DNA of 64,000 nucleotides from Limnochordia bacterium (GTDB lineage: Bacteria; Bacillota; Limnochordia; DTU087; JAAYGB01), in assembly GCA_041687495.1 (NCBI GenBank), contig JAWLBR010000002.1, positions 11,349 through 75,348 on the forward strand. Reading direction: 5' to 3'. How positions within the stretch are numbered: the stretch's first letter is position 1; each line of letters starts with the position of its first letter. Below the pieces are notes generated by a model. The model worked only from the letters and a program-made list of their open reading frames with translations, had not been told where the DNA came from and made no database searches. The translations under genes were made by a program, and so were the position numbers. Below, piece by piece: positions 1-9,205 of this stretch.

Positions 1-919
1 GTTCAGATCCGTCGGCGGGCACGGCCTCAGATAGCTGTTCGCTGCGGTAGTAGGCAGGAAGCAGCGTCCCGTTGAAGTGGGCACCCGGGTTACCATCCTT
101 GTCTAGGGCAATGACGGCAAAGAGCGCTTTGGCCTTCGTACCTTGAGTGACAATCTCCTGGCAGGCCTCTTGGACTGCCAGTCCTCTAGCCAGTTTCTCC
201 ACCACAGCCCGGGTTGCTCCCAGTTTGATGATCCCTTCGCCATAGCCCGTGGCCGAAGCGCCACCTTCCACGGCAGCGAAGGTGCCAGCTCCAATGATGG
301 GGGTGTCTCCAACTCGACCCGGCAGTTTTTGCGGGATACCGCCGGTAGAGGTTCCGGCAACAATCAATCCGCTGGAGTCAATCGCGACGGCGCCAACGGT
401 GGAATAGCTCCGATGCTTCTTGCGAATTTCCTCGTACCGCTCCATTAGCTGGCGCATGCGTTCGGGTACTTTGCCAAGCTGCTCTTCCAACAGCCCCCGC
501 GCGTAGTCTGTACCAGGATCGTATTCGGGGAATCCGTAGCTGCGGGCAAAGAGTTCTGCTCCCCTACCCACCATCAGAACGTGAGGAGTCTCTTCCATTA
601 CAAGCCGGGCTGCGCTAATGGGGTGCTGAACATGTTGGATGCAAGCCACAGCACCAGCATTTCCTGTGGAATCCATGATCGACGCATCCATCTCGATTTC
701 ACCAAAAAGATTGTAGAAGGACCCCGTACCGGCGTCAAATATTGGGTCATCCTCCAGGTGGTGCACCGCAGCGATCACCGCTTCCAGTGCAGAATCTGTT
801 TTTTGCAGTGCCTCGTATCCAACTTCGCAGGCCTGTTTAGTTCCTGCGTAGCGTTTTCCCTTAATCTCGGGGGCTAGGTCAGTGTCTTCCATGCCACCAT
901 GGACAATAATTGCCTTCAT
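1..919 (-). CDS. Isoaspartyl peptidase / L-asparaginase (Ntn-hydrolase, plant-type asparaginase family), partial (C-terminus beyond left edge)
   Basis: Minus-strand ORF running off the window start. ATG at 919-917 is preceded by a GGTGAT RBS. The translation MKAIIVHGG...GTGS...TVGAVAIDSSG contains the Thr-nucleophile motif of the asparaginase_2 family. Confidence 0.8.
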   Translation of the reverse strand, partial: MKAIIVHGGMEDTDLAPEIKGKRYAGTKQACEVGYEALQKTDSALEAVIAAVHHLEDDPIFDAGTGSFYNLFGEIEMDASIMDSTGNAGAVACIQHVQHPISAARLVMEETPHVLMVGRGAELFARSYGFPEYDPGTDYARGLLEEQLGKVPERMRQLMERYEEIRKKHRSYSTVGAVAIDSSGLIVAGTSTGGIPQKLPGRVGDTPIIGAGTFAAVEGGASATGYGEGIIKLGATRAVVEKLARGLAVQEACQEIVTQGTKAKALFAVIALDKDGNPGAHFNGTLLPAYYRSEQLSEAVPADGSE

Positions 920-1239
920 ACCATCACCTTGATTCCCTCAATGTTTGTCTGTGCCTACCGATTCAACGGTCTGTTGAACCTATTATATATGTTGTCCCGC
1001 CATTACTTTAACCGTCGGGCAGCCTAGATCATTCTCTAGACGCTGCTGTTTTCCTCCCAATAACCTACCGGCAGGCAGGGTTATTCCCCGGTATCGGCTA
1101 GGTTGGCTGCGAAGGATAAGCCTCAACCTTGCAGAACCTGTGACTAGAACATACGGACAGGAAGGCTTTGCGCATATGCTATCTAGGCCGGTGTGTATAT
1201 GGTAACAGCTAACCAGTATCCTAGAAAGGGTGGTCACAT

Positions 1240-1998
1240 ATGGAAAAGCCTATCGTGTTGGATAGCTGTGGTCAGCAGATGGTAGGGATGCTACATTTAC
1301 CCGATGGGATGCAAGTAGTGCCGGCAGTAGCCCTGTTTCATGGATTCACCGGCACCAAGTCTGAGCCGCATCGGATCTTTGTCAAGCTGGCACGAAAGCT
1401 GAACGAACTGGGAATCGCGGCCGTTCGCTTTGACTTTCGCGGCTCCGGTGACAGTGAAGGTGACTTTGCTGAAATGACAGTGAGCGGTGAGATTGCCGAC
1501 GCCCGGCGGGTGTTGGATTACCTTGAAGGACTGCCCGGAGTGGACAAAAGCCGCCTCGGAGTACTGGGTCTCAGCATGGGTGGAGCCGTGGCTGCCTCGG
1601 TGGCAGGTCTGGACAAGAGGGTCAAGTCCTTGGCCTTGTGGGCTGCTGTGGCTGATTTTGCCCTCTTTGAGCAAAATGCTGAAGCGGTGGCCCTTGCGCA
1701 GAAACAGGGGTACGCTGACGTAGGCGGAAATGTGCTCAACTACACCTTTTACGAGGATGCCCAGGGTCAGGATCCAGCGGCCCTTGTGGGCAAGTACACT
1801 GGGCCAGCTCTAGTCGTTCATGGCGATGGTGATCCTACTGTCCCGGTGGGGCACGCCGATATCTACGAAAGGGCCATTCCTGGGCAAAAGGAGAAGTTTA
1901 TCGTACCTGGAGCCGACCATACATTTAACAGTCGGGAGTGGGAGACAGCCGTCATAGAGAAAACGGCGGCGTGGTTTGCGCAGACCCTGCAGGGGTAG
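1240..1998 (+). CDS. Alpha/beta-fold hydrolase (dienelactone hydrolase/BAAT-like serine hydrolase)
   Basis: 252 aa with a GxSxG nucleophile elbow (GLSMGG) and late conserved Asp/His (HGDGD...ADH). Confidence 0.75.
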   Translation: MEKPIVLDSCGQQMVGMLHLPDGMQVVPAVALFHGFTGTKSEPHRIFVKLARKLNELGIAAVRFDFRGSGDSEGDFAEMTVSGEIADARRVLDYLEGLPGVDKSRLGVLGLSMGGAVAASVAGLDKRVKSLALWAAVADFALFEQNAEAVALAQKQGYADVGGNVLNYTFYEDAQGQDPAALVGKYTGPALVVHGDGDPTVPVGHADIYERAIPGQKEKFIVPGADHTFNSREWETAVIEKTAAWFAQTLQG

Positions 1999-2057
1999 CC
2001 ATCAGGCAGCCCTCAGGCAGCCCAACGCCGCTGTGGCAAAGATCAGGAAGTACTGGG

Positions 2058-2270
2058 TTACGGCTGCATGTTGGGCGGCTGTTGGCACCCTAACTCCTTC
2101 CACACGGTGAAGGTGCGGGCGTGGTTGTACTCGTCAGAGGCAATGCTGGCAAGTAGCACCTTGAGTGTGGGATTCTCGGAGTCTCGAGCCATTCCGGCGT
2201 ACATGCTCATGGCGCCGTACTCATCGTTAATAATGTCGTCTAAGTCATCGCAGAAGTTGTGATAAGGCAT
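2058..2270 (-). CDS. Ferritin-like / spore coat protein F (Coat_F)-like domain protein (C-terminal half)
   Basis: 70 aa with DDIINDEYGAMSMYAGMA...LKVLLASIASDEYNHARTF. The DxxNDxL...EY...H..F spacing resembles the Coat_F/ferritin-like four-helix proteins of spore formers. Confidence 0.4.
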   Translation of the reverse strand: MPYHNFCDDLDDIINDEYGAMSMYAGMARDSENPTLKVLLASIASDEYNHARTFTVWKELGCQQPPNMQP

Positions 2271-2273
2271 GAG

Positions 2274-2564
2274 CTATCGTCCTCCTCTTGTCCGTAAATC
2301 AGGTTTTGGAAACGGCTTCCAAACCAGCTGCGGTACTGTGGACTGACTGTTTTTCGGCAGCTGCGGTGAGTCACTGAAGTTATTCTCCGCCCAGTTCAGC
2401 ATGGCCAGAGCTTCGGTGGTATCGGCGGCGGCTTGTGCCAAGCGCCCCTGCAGCTGCGGTGTGGCCGCACGAGCTGTGAGGTTTTGATAGCGCTGCACTC
2501 TCTGCTGCAGATGGGACTTGGCGTTGCGCAGAATCTCCTGGTCTCGCGGTGAAAGGGGGGGCAT
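2274..2564 (-). CDS. Hypothetical helical protein; possible N-terminal half of a split ferritin-like/Coat-F-like gene
   Basis: 96 aa ORF with an ATG at 2564. It is in the same frame as ORF 2058-2270 and separated from it only by TAG (2276-2274) plus one codon. Confidence 0.4.
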   Translation of the reverse strand: MPPLSPRDQEILRNAKSHLQQRVQRYQNLTARAATPQLQGRLAQAAADTTEALAMLNWAENNFSDSPQLPKNSQSTVPQLVWKPFPKPDLRTRGGR

Positions 2565-2759
2565 ACGGGTCTGGCCTCCTTAGGCAAGTGCCAAAGTGTG
2601 GGGGCGAGTATGAAGGTGTCGCTCACCCATCTCCTGCATCATATGCTCCGAGGAAGGTCCTCTGCCTTGGGAGGAAGTTCTCCTTTCGCGGTAACTGACA
2701 AAAAGGCTGAGAGCCTAGGGCTCCCAGCCTTTTTGTTTGAACACACATCCTCTGCAGCT

Positions 2760-3590
2760 TTAGCTGGCTGTCTGACTCAACTGCTCCCGCAGCCGCTCCT
2801 CAAACTCAATGGCGCTGGTCGGGCACTTCTCGACACAGAGACCGCAGGCGGTGCACTTGTCGTAGTCAATGCTGGCCACGTTGTTGGTGACAGTAATGGC
2901 TCCGGTGGGGCAGACCCGCTCGCAGGCCTTACAGCCGATGCATCCCACTTGGCAGGCGGCCTTCACCTCTTTACCCTTGGCTAGCGACTTACACCGAACG
3001 TGCACAGGCTTGATCTCATCGACTAGGTCAATAATGCTGCGGGGGCAGGCCTTCACGCAGTTGCCGCAGCCAGTACAAGCGATGGGGTCAACCTCAGGTA
3101 GACCGTTTTCTCCCATGTGAATAGCATCAAAGGGGCAGGAGGCGACACAGTCCCCCAGGCCAAGACAGCCAAACTCACAAGCTTTAAAGCCACCGCCCAC
3201 AGCTTGCGCTGCTCGGCAGGTCTGGATTCCTGTGTATTCGGCCCGCTTCAGGGCTTCTTTGTTCCCACCATGACACTGGACTTGGGCGATGAGGCGCCCG
3301 CCGGCCCCAGATAGGTCTACGCCCAGGATTGCTGCCATGGCACTTTGCTGATCGGAGTTGGACACGGGGCAGCCGGTAACCGGACTCTCACCTTTGGCCA
3401 AAGACTCCGCAAACTGCTGGCAGCCAGCAAATCCACAGCCGCCACAGTTGGCCCCAGGAAGAGCCTCCACTAATTGCTCAATTTTCGGATCAGTCTCTAC
3501 CGCAAACTTCTTGGAAGCATATGCCAGACCGAGCCCGAAGGCAGCGCCTAAGATCCCGGTGCTAACAATTGATACAACAACAGTGCTCAT
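2760..3590 (-). CDS. rnfB: Rnf electron transport complex subunit B (polyferredoxin with N-terminal membrane anchor)
   Basis: 276 aa with multiple CxxCxxCxxxCP 4Fe-4S motifs and an AGGAGG RBS. It is the last gene of the rnfCDGEAB array. Confidence 0.9.
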   Translation of the reverse strand: MSTVVVSIVSTGILGAAFGLGLAYASKKFAVETDPKIEQLVEALPGANCGGCGFAGCQQFAESLAKGESPVTGCPVSNSDQQSAMAAILGVDLSGAGGRLIAQVQCHGGNKEALKRAEYTGIQTCRAAQAVGGGFKACEFGCLGLGDCVASCPFDAIHMGENGLPEVDPIACTGCGNCVKACPRSIIDLVDEIKPVHVRCKSLAKGKEVKAACQVGCIGCKACERVCPTGAITVTNNVASIDYDKCTACGLCVEKCPTSAIEFEERLREQLSQTAS

Positions 3591-3648
3591 TATCGGTCCT
3601 CCTTAACGAGTCCGCTTCAGTCTGTTTCTTATAGTGTACTCTCTTAGG

Positions 3649-4230
3649 CTACATTGCGATCAGGCCGGAAAAGCCCATAAAAGCCATGGACATCAGTCCG
3701 GCGATGAGCAGAGCAATTCCGGAACCCTGCAAGGGTTTGGGCACATCTGCAAATTGCAGCTGCGAACGAATTCCTGCCATCATCAGCATAGCTAGAGTAA
3801 ATCCGGCTCCAGCGCCCAAGCTGAAGACGATGGTCTCAAGCAGGTTGTAGCCCTTCAACACTACCAGCAGAGCCAAACCTAGAATGGCACAGTTGGTGGT
3901 GATCAGCGGCAGGAAGATACCCAATGCCTTGTATAGTGCCGGGCTGGTCTTTTGGAGAAACATCTCTACCAGCTGCACCAATGAAGCAATGATCAGGATA
4001 AACGCTACGTACTGCAAAAACGGCAGGTTGAAGGCATCCAGAATAAAGTGCTGGACAAGCCAAGCCGCCGCACCAGACATGGTCAGAACGAAAGTAGTGG
4101 CCATCCCCATTCCCAAGGCGGTGTTAACCTCTTTGGAAACACCCAGGAAGGGACAAATCCCCAGGAACCTGGCCAAAACAAAGTTGTTCACAATTGCCGA
4201 GCCGAAGAAAAGCAATACCAGTTCTTTCAC
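3649..4230 (-). CDS. rnfA: Rnf complex subunit A
   Basis: 193 aa polytopic membrane protein of the RnfA/NqrE type, with a GAGGAGG RBS. Confidence 0.9.
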   Translation of the reverse strand: MKELVLLFFGSAIVNNFVLARFLGICPFLGVSKEVNTALGMGMATTFVLTMSGAAAWLVQHFILDAFNLPFLQYVAFILIIASLVQLVEMFLQKTSPALYKALGIFLPLITTNCAILGLALLVVLKGYNLLETIVFSLGAGAGFTLAMLMMAGIRSQLQFADVPKPLQGSGIALLIAGLMSMAFMGFSGLIAM

Positions 4231-4255
4231 AGCCGAACCTCCTCTCGAATTGGCC

Positions 4256-4906
4256 CTATTGGGCTACACTGCTGCCGGAAACTGTCCGCCGGGTGCTGGT
4301 TTTTTTGCGCTGATCCAGATAGGCGGTCAGTTGGTTCATGCCACCAACCATGATTCCCAGGGTGATGAATGCACCGGGGGGAAGGATGGCGATGACCCAC
4401 GGGGTGAAGTTGGCCCCGAACAACGCGTGACCAAAGAGAGAACCCATTCCGAGAACCTCCCGCACGCCTCCCAGCAGGGTGAGTGCCCAGGTGAAGCCAA
4501 GGCCCATGCCTACGGCGTCGGCAATGGCATAGTGCACTGGAGCCTTGTTGGCGTAGGCTTCAGCCCGGCCGAGGATGAGGCAGTTCACCACGATCAACGG
4601 AATGAACAGGCCTAAGACCTTGTGCATCTCCGGCATATTAGCTGCCAGAACCAAGTCCGCGATGGTAACAAAGGTGGCGATGATGATGGTATAGCTGGGA
4701 ATACGCACCTTCTTGGGAATCACTGACTTGACCAAAGAGACAATGGTTGACGAGCAGATTAGAACAAAGCTAGTAGCTAAGCCCATGGCCAGACCGTTGG
4801 CGGCACTGGTAGTGACGGCCAAGGTCGGACACATTCCGATTAGAAGGCGGAACGTGGGGTTTTCTTTCCACAAACCGCGGAGAAAATCAGTCCACAGCTT
4901 CATCAT
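4256..4906 (-). CDS. rnfE: Rnf complex subunit E
   Basis: RnfE/NqrD-like membrane protein. I place the start at ATGATG 4906-4901, directly after the rnfG stop at 4908-4910. The longer ORF-track start at 4963 would overlap rnfG. Confidence 0.85.
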   Translation of the reverse strand: MMKLWTDFLRGLWKENPTFRLLIGMCPTLAVTTSAANGLAMGLATSFVLICSSTIVSLVKSVIPKKVRIPSYTIIIATFVTIADLVLAANMPEMHKVLGLFIPLIVVNCLILGRAEAYANKAPVHYAIADAVGMGLGFTWALTLLGGVREVLGMGSLFGHALFGANFTPWVIAILPPGAFITLGIMVGGMNQLTAYLDQRKKTSTRRTVSGSSVAQ

Positions 4907-4907
4907 C

Positions 4908-5489
4908 TTAGTTCGCCTCCTGTACAAGAATGGGTTTGAGGCTTTGGGCTGTATCTCTAACAATGTCGGCTACAGCCTTGGACGAAATGGTAGCACCAGT
5001 AATGGCGTCAACGTCCTGTTTGGCAACAAAGGGATCAGAAAGTGACTTGCCTTGGAACTGGTCTTGGAACCAGTCCTCAGCGATGCGTGCGCCAAGTCCA
5101 GGGGTCTCCTGCTGCGCCAGCACCTTGAGCCCGGTGACGGCCTGGGTTTGGGGGTCAATTCCAATCATCAGCTGGATTGCTCCCTGAAAGCCTACGCCCT
5201 CTGCCAAGACTGCCAGCCCCGTGTGAGTTCCATTGGAGTCGGCGGTGCGAAACAATCTCAGCCCGCTGACAGAGCTTTCTCCGTCGGTACTTGCTGGCAC
5301 TGCACTGCCATCTGCCACTTCAGTATAGGAACTGGCTCCGGGGACAACCTGCAAAATACCCTCTTTGAGAGCGAGTTCCTTTTGCTCAGCGATGACCGGT
5401 GCTGTAGCTTGGTACAGATATGCCAGAGCAGCCCCGGAAACCATCGCAATCACGGCTAACGTTACAACTAAGGGTAAAGCGTTACGCAT
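4908..5489 (-). CDS. rnfG: Rnf complex subunit G (FMN-binding)
   Basis: RnfG/NqrC-like with an N-terminal TM and the S/T FMN-attachment region (ITGATISS). The start is placed at the Met overlapping the rnfD stop by 8 nt. Confidence 0.85.
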   Translation of the reverse strand: MRNALPLVVTLAVIAMVSGAALAYLYQATAPVIAEQKELALKEGILQVVPGASSYTEVADGSAVPASTDGESSVSGLRLFRTADSNGTHTGLAVLAEGVGFQGAIQLMIGIDPQTQAVTGLKVLAQQETPGLGARIAEDWFQDQFQGKSLSDPFVAKQDVDAITGATISSKAVADIVRDTAQSLKPILVQEAN

Positions 5490-6423
5490 TGGCCCGCACC
5501 TCCCCAAACATTCGGGGTCGGACATACCGGTCAATGAGCGGGGTGAATCCGTTCATCAACAGGATGGAGTACGAGACCCCTTCTGGATAGCCGCCCCACA
5601 AGCGGATAATCATCAGAATAACGCCGGCGCAGATCCCAAAGATCAAACGCCCTTTGGCGGTGATGGGAGAGGTCACCATGTCAGTGGCCATAAAGAATGC
5701 TCCCAGCATCAGTCCGCCGGCAAGCAAGTGAAACAGTGGGTCCTGACCAAATACTACTGAAAGAACAAAGACGGTACCCAGATAACCAACTGGAACTCGC
5801 CAGTCAATGTAACCTTTGTACAGCAGGTAGAGTCCGCCGATGAGAATGGCAAGGGCAGAAGTCTCACCTAAACTACCGCCAGTCTGCCCGATGAAAAGCT
5901 GCCAAAGACTGGTAGTGGTTCCCTCCATCTTCATCAGAGCCAAAGGTGTCGCAGTGGTGGTGCCATCAAAGGGAGCTGTCCAAGTTGTCATCGCAACCGG
6001 GAAAGCTGCCAGAAGAAAAGCCCGGCCCACCAGCGCTGGGTTAAACGGGTTGTGCCCAAGTCCACCAAAAACCTGCTTCCCGATGGAAATAGCTACTACG
6101 GTGCCGACGAAAGCCATCCACAACGGCAGGGAGGCGGGCACGTTAAAGGCAACGAGAACGCCGGTAATCAGTGCGCTACCGTCCCAAAGACTGATGGGCT
6201 TGTTGCGCAGTTTCTGAAAAACATACTCTGTGGCCAGCGCAGCCACGGAACAGGTGACAATAAGCAGTACAGCGCGAAACCGAAAATAGTAAATTGATGC
6301 TAAGGCTGCCGGAACCAGCGCCAACAAGACAGCGTACATAATCCGAGAAATGGATTCTCCGGACGATACGTGTGGAGCTGGGGACATGAGCAGCTTTGGC
6401 TCAGTGTTTTCCATATCTGACAC
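5482..6423 (-). CDS. rnfD: Rnf complex subunit D
   Basis: 313 aa NqrB/RnfD family membrane protein. Confidence 0.9.
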   Translation of the reverse strand: MSDMENTEPKLLMSPAPHVSSGESISRIMYAVLLALVPAALASIYYFRFRAVLLIVTCSVAALATEYVFQKLRNKPISLWDGSALITGVLVAFNVPASLPLWMAFVGTVVAISIGKQVFGGLGHNPFNPALVGRAFLLAAFPVAMTTWTAPFDGTTTATPLALMKMEGTTTSLWQLFIGQTGGSLGETSALAILIGGLYLLYKGYIDWRVPVGYLGTVFVLSVVFGQDPLFHLLAGGLMLGAFFMATDMVTSPITAKGRLIFGICAGVILMIIRLWGGYPEGVSYSILLMNGFTPLIDRYVRPRMFGEVRANA

Positions 6424-6460
6424 TCCCCTTAATAGTGAGATGTGCGCAAAGAACCAGCCG

Positions 6461-7792
6461 TTAGCTTGCTCTTTGGCGTCTCTTCGCGATCAACTGCTGC
6501 TTACCGACCTTGATGTTTTGCACCAAGTAGCGATTGGCCGGGCAAACAAAGGAGCAGCTGCCGCATTCCATACAGTTCAGTAGTCCGTAGCTCGCCGCAT
6601 CTTCCAGCATATTGGCACTGGCCAAGTTGGCCAGTGTCACCGGCAGAAGAAAAGCCGGGCAGGCTTCTACGCAACGACCGCATCTAATACAGGGACCGGG
6701 TTCGGTGGCGGTGACTTGGCCTTCGGTAAAGACCAGCAGTCCGGATGTGCCCTTGATCACCGGGATGTTCGTAGTGTGCTGTGCAAAGCCAGTCATCGGT
6801 CCACCCATGATGATTTTGCGGGGAGTGCCCTTAGGACCACCGGCAGCGGCGATCAGCTCGCTGAACGGAGTTCCCAGCCGAACTAGAAAGTTGGACGGTT
6901 CAGCTATGCCCTCACCACTTACTGTGACTACCCGCTGATACAAAGGCAGTCCGGTCTGAATGGTGTTGGCCACCGCGATAGCTGTTCCCACGTTACTGAC
7001 AACAGCACCGACATCCATCGGCAGTCCTCCAGCTGGCACCTCCCGCTTGAGAATAGCCTGAATCAGCTGCTTTTCAGCACCTTGCGGGTACTTGACTGTG
7101 AGCCCAATGATTTGGACGTTGGTGCCGGAAGCAGCTTTCTGCAGCGCTGCAATGGCGTCAGGTTTGTTCAGCTCAACTCCGACAAACACCTTGCTGACAT
7201 CCAGCGCCTTGGCCAGTGCACGAGCACCGTACACCACTGCTTCGGGCTGCTCCAGCATCTGCCGATGGTCGCAGGTCAGGTAAGGTTCACACTCACTGCC
7301 GTTGAGAATTAGTGCATCGATGGGCTTATCTGCTGGCGGTGAGAGCTTGACGTGGGTGGGAAATGCGGCGCCACCAAGGCCGACAATTCCAGCGTCCCTA
7401 ATGCGTTGGATGATCTCCTTGCCCGAGAGTTGAGCGATGTCAGCGGCTTGGGGAAGGTCAGGATAGACCCGATCTTCACCATCGTTGACAATGACAATGC
7501 ATTCAACTGTTCCACCGACGGGGTGGGGGTACGACTCAATACGTTTCACTGTTCCAGAGACAGAAGCATGGATTGGAGCTGAGACAAAGGCATCAGCTTC
7601 GGCAATCTTTTGGCCAAGGAGAACTTCATCTCCCCGTTTCACCAAAGGCTTGCAGGGAGCACCGGCATGCTGCCGAACCGGAATCACTATTTCGGCTGGA
7701 GCCGGGAGAACCTGAATGGCCTTATGGCTGCTGAGTTCCTTGCCTTCGCGGGGGTGAACTCCGCCCTTGAAGGTATAGCGGTTATCTGCCAC
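6461..7792 (-). CDS. rnfC: Rnf complex subunit C (NADH-binding, 2x[4Fe-4S])
   Basis: 443 aa with RnfC N-terminal and SLBB/NuoF-like regions and two CxxCxxCxxxCP motifs near the C-terminus. RBS is GAGGAGGG. First gene of the operon. Confidence 0.9.
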   Translation of the reverse strand: MADNRYTFKGGVHPREGKELSSHKAIQVLPAPAEIVIPVRQHAGAPCKPLVKRGDEVLLGQKIAEADAFVSAPIHASVSGTVKRIESYPHPVGGTVECIVIVNDGEDRVYPDLPQAADIAQLSGKEIIQRIRDAGIVGLGGAAFPTHVKLSPPADKPIDALILNGSECEPYLTCDHRQMLEQPEAVVYGARALAKALDVSKVFVGVELNKPDAIAALQKAASGTNVQIIGLTVKYPQGAEKQLIQAILKREVPAGGLPMDVGAVVSNVGTAIAVANTIQTGLPLYQRVVTVSGEGIAEPSNFLVRLGTPFSELIAAAGGPKGTPRKIIMGGPMTGFAQHTTNIPVIKGTSGLLVFTEGQVTATEPGPCIRCGRCVEACPAFLLPVTLANLASANMLEDAASYGLLNCMECGSCSFVCPANRYLVQNIKVGKQQLIAKRRQRAS

Positions 7793-7960
7793 AACGAGAC
7801 CCTCCTCGTAAGCTAAAAACGCGCAAAAACCCCTAGCTGCTCTTACGCATTTAAACTAGGTCAAAGCTATAGAATGAAACAGATATTAATTCGAGACAGC
7901 TTCGGTGGGATCCTTGTGTCTTGGGTGGAAATGTTTAGGGAAAAGGCGAAAGTTATTTAT

Positions 7961-7987
7961 TTCACAATAAATGTGAAATCAATCACG
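7961..7987. promoter_or_regulatory. CRP/FNR-type palindrome (TGTGA-N6-TCACG) plus adjacent TTCACA half-site in the AT-rich rnfC/osmC divergent intergenic region
   Basis: Read directly from the sequence: ttcacaataaaTGTGAaatcaaTCACg. This region sits upstream of rnfC (minus strand) and osmC (plus strand). Confidence 0.3.
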
Positions 7988-8303
7988 ATTGGGCGTGGAA
8001 ACCGACACGTAGGTGTGGAGCCGGCTATCATCGGGTTTGCCGAAGCAAGGCTCTCCACAGGATGAGAGATCTGCTCTTACGGGGATATGTAAATTTGGAA
8101 ACATGTCCCTAAAAAAACACTTATGCTTGGTTACTTCTATGTACACGAGTAGTTTCCTGTTGCACATAGGGTGAACGCAATCACAATGTCCACTTTTCAG
8201 GTACATCTTCTGCTTGGGGCGGTGGCATCACAATTGGGTTTGAGAAATTGGGAGTTCGGGCACAAGTAAGTACTGAATATCTAAGTGATAGGGGGATGGA
8301 AGT

Positions 8304-8714
8304 ATGAAAGCGAAAGTCGAGTGGAAGACGGGTATGCAGTTCGCTGCATCAACTGGATCTGGGCATCAGATCCTAATGGACTCCTCTGCAGAAGTTGGCG
8401 GCAGCAACAGCGGGCCGCGACCGACTGAATTGCTGCTGGCTGGCTTAGGAGGATGCACCGGTATGGATATGGCCTCCATCTTGCGTAAAATGCAGCAGCC
8501 ATTCAAGAGTGTGGACATGGAAATTGAGGGTACCCGGGCTGAGGACCATCCCAAGCGTTTCACTGCAATTCACCTTCATTATACCGTGAAAGGTTCCGGG
8601 CTGAATGAAGAGAGGGTGGCCAGAGCAGCACAACTCTCTGTGGAGAAGTACTGCTCGGTGTCGCATTCCCTAAACGCCGACATTACTTACGATGTCACGG
8701 TAGTTGAGGAGTAA
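8304..8714 (+). CDS. OsmC/Ohr family peroxiredoxin-like protein
   Basis: 136 aa with conserved GGCTGMD and EKYCSVS cysteine motifs of the OsmC family. RBS is GGGGGATGG. Confidence 0.85.
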   Translation: MKAKVEWKTGMQFAASTGSGHQILMDSSAEVGGSNSGPRPTELLLAGLGGCTGMDMASILRKMQQPFKSVDMEIEGTRAEDHPKRFTAIHLHYTVKGSGLNEERVARAAQLSVEKYCSVSHSLNADITYDVTVVEE

Positions 8715-8746
8715 ACAGTAGGGCAGGGCATCAGGGTAGGCTTGTC

Positions 8747-9205
8747 CTACTGACGTCTGCGCAAAAACCAGACTAGCGGGATGCCCAAGGCCAAGACAGC
8801 CACAGCCTCACTTAGCCCAATGCTTAACACCGTAACCCAATATGGGATCTGAAAGATGAATTTGAGATACAAGCTAATCAAAAATGCATTGAGCACAATG
8901 GGGCTGGCGTAGGCAACCCAGGAGCCACGGCAGCGGCGGGTGATATAGGCCGCAAGTAAGGTGACAAGACTACCTCCGAAAATGTCCCAAGGGCCAAGAC
9001 CACCGATAATATTGCCCAAGAGAACACCTACATACAGTCCTGGAACCGCCTCCGAATACAAGATGGGCAGCACCGTCAGCGCTTCCGCGGGACGAAACTG
9101 CAAGATTCCAAAGCTCCACGGAGCAAAGCCAACAATGAGAGCTAAGTAGAGGGCTGCAATGATCGCGGCCCGGGTAAGATAGCGAATCGACAAAACCCAG
9201 CACAT
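8747..9205 (-). CDS. queT: QueT-like queuosine-precursor transporter (ECF S-component family)
   Basis: 152 aa small polytopic membrane protein. Its composition and N-terminal LTR..IIAALYLAL segment are typical of QueT. Confidence 0.55.
   Translation of the reverse strand: MCWVLSIRYLTRAAIIAALYLALIVGFAPWSFGILQFRPAEALTVLPILYSEAVPGLYVGVLLGNIIGGLGPWDIFGGSLVTLLAAYITRRCRGSWVAYASPIVLNAFLISLYLKFIFQIPYWVTVLSIGLSEAVAVLALGIPLVWFLRRRQ

Noticed and set aside
983-1237. 84-aa minus-strand ORF in the asparaginase/hydrolase intergenic region
   Set aside because: No RBS and an unremarkable composition. It lies in the promoter region of the plus-strand hydrolase gene.
2268-2276. Reading the in-frame TAG as pyrrolysine
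   Set aside because: No pylTSBCD genes and no methylamine methyltransferase context are visible. Pseudogene, split gene or sequencing error are far more likely, so I report it only as an observation.
4907-4963. Longer ORF-track start for rnfE at 4963
   Set aside because: It would overlap rnfG by 55 nt and add a non-conserved N-terminal extension. The ATGATG at 4906 follows the rnfG stop by 1 nt, as is typical of coupled rnf genes.
2598-6217. Numerous 60-240-aa plus-strand ORFs (e.g. 2598-2984, 3884-4615, 5052-5459, 5840-6217) overlapping the rnf genes
   Set aside because: They lie fully inside confidently assigned minus-strand Rnf subunit genes. Such ORFs are expected by chance at this GC content, and their translations are low-complexity.
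7961-7987. Calling the rnf upstream palindrome a Rex box
   Set aside because: The Rex consensus is TTGTGAA-N6-TTCACAA with outward-facing half-sites as written. The observed arrangement (TTCACA...TGTGAA...TCACG) fits CRP/FNR-like geometry better, so I did not label it Rex.
7874-8065. 63-aa ORF in the AT-rich rnfC/osmC intergenic region
   Set aside because: No RBS and no recognisable fold. AT-rich intergenic regions readily yield spurious short ORFs.
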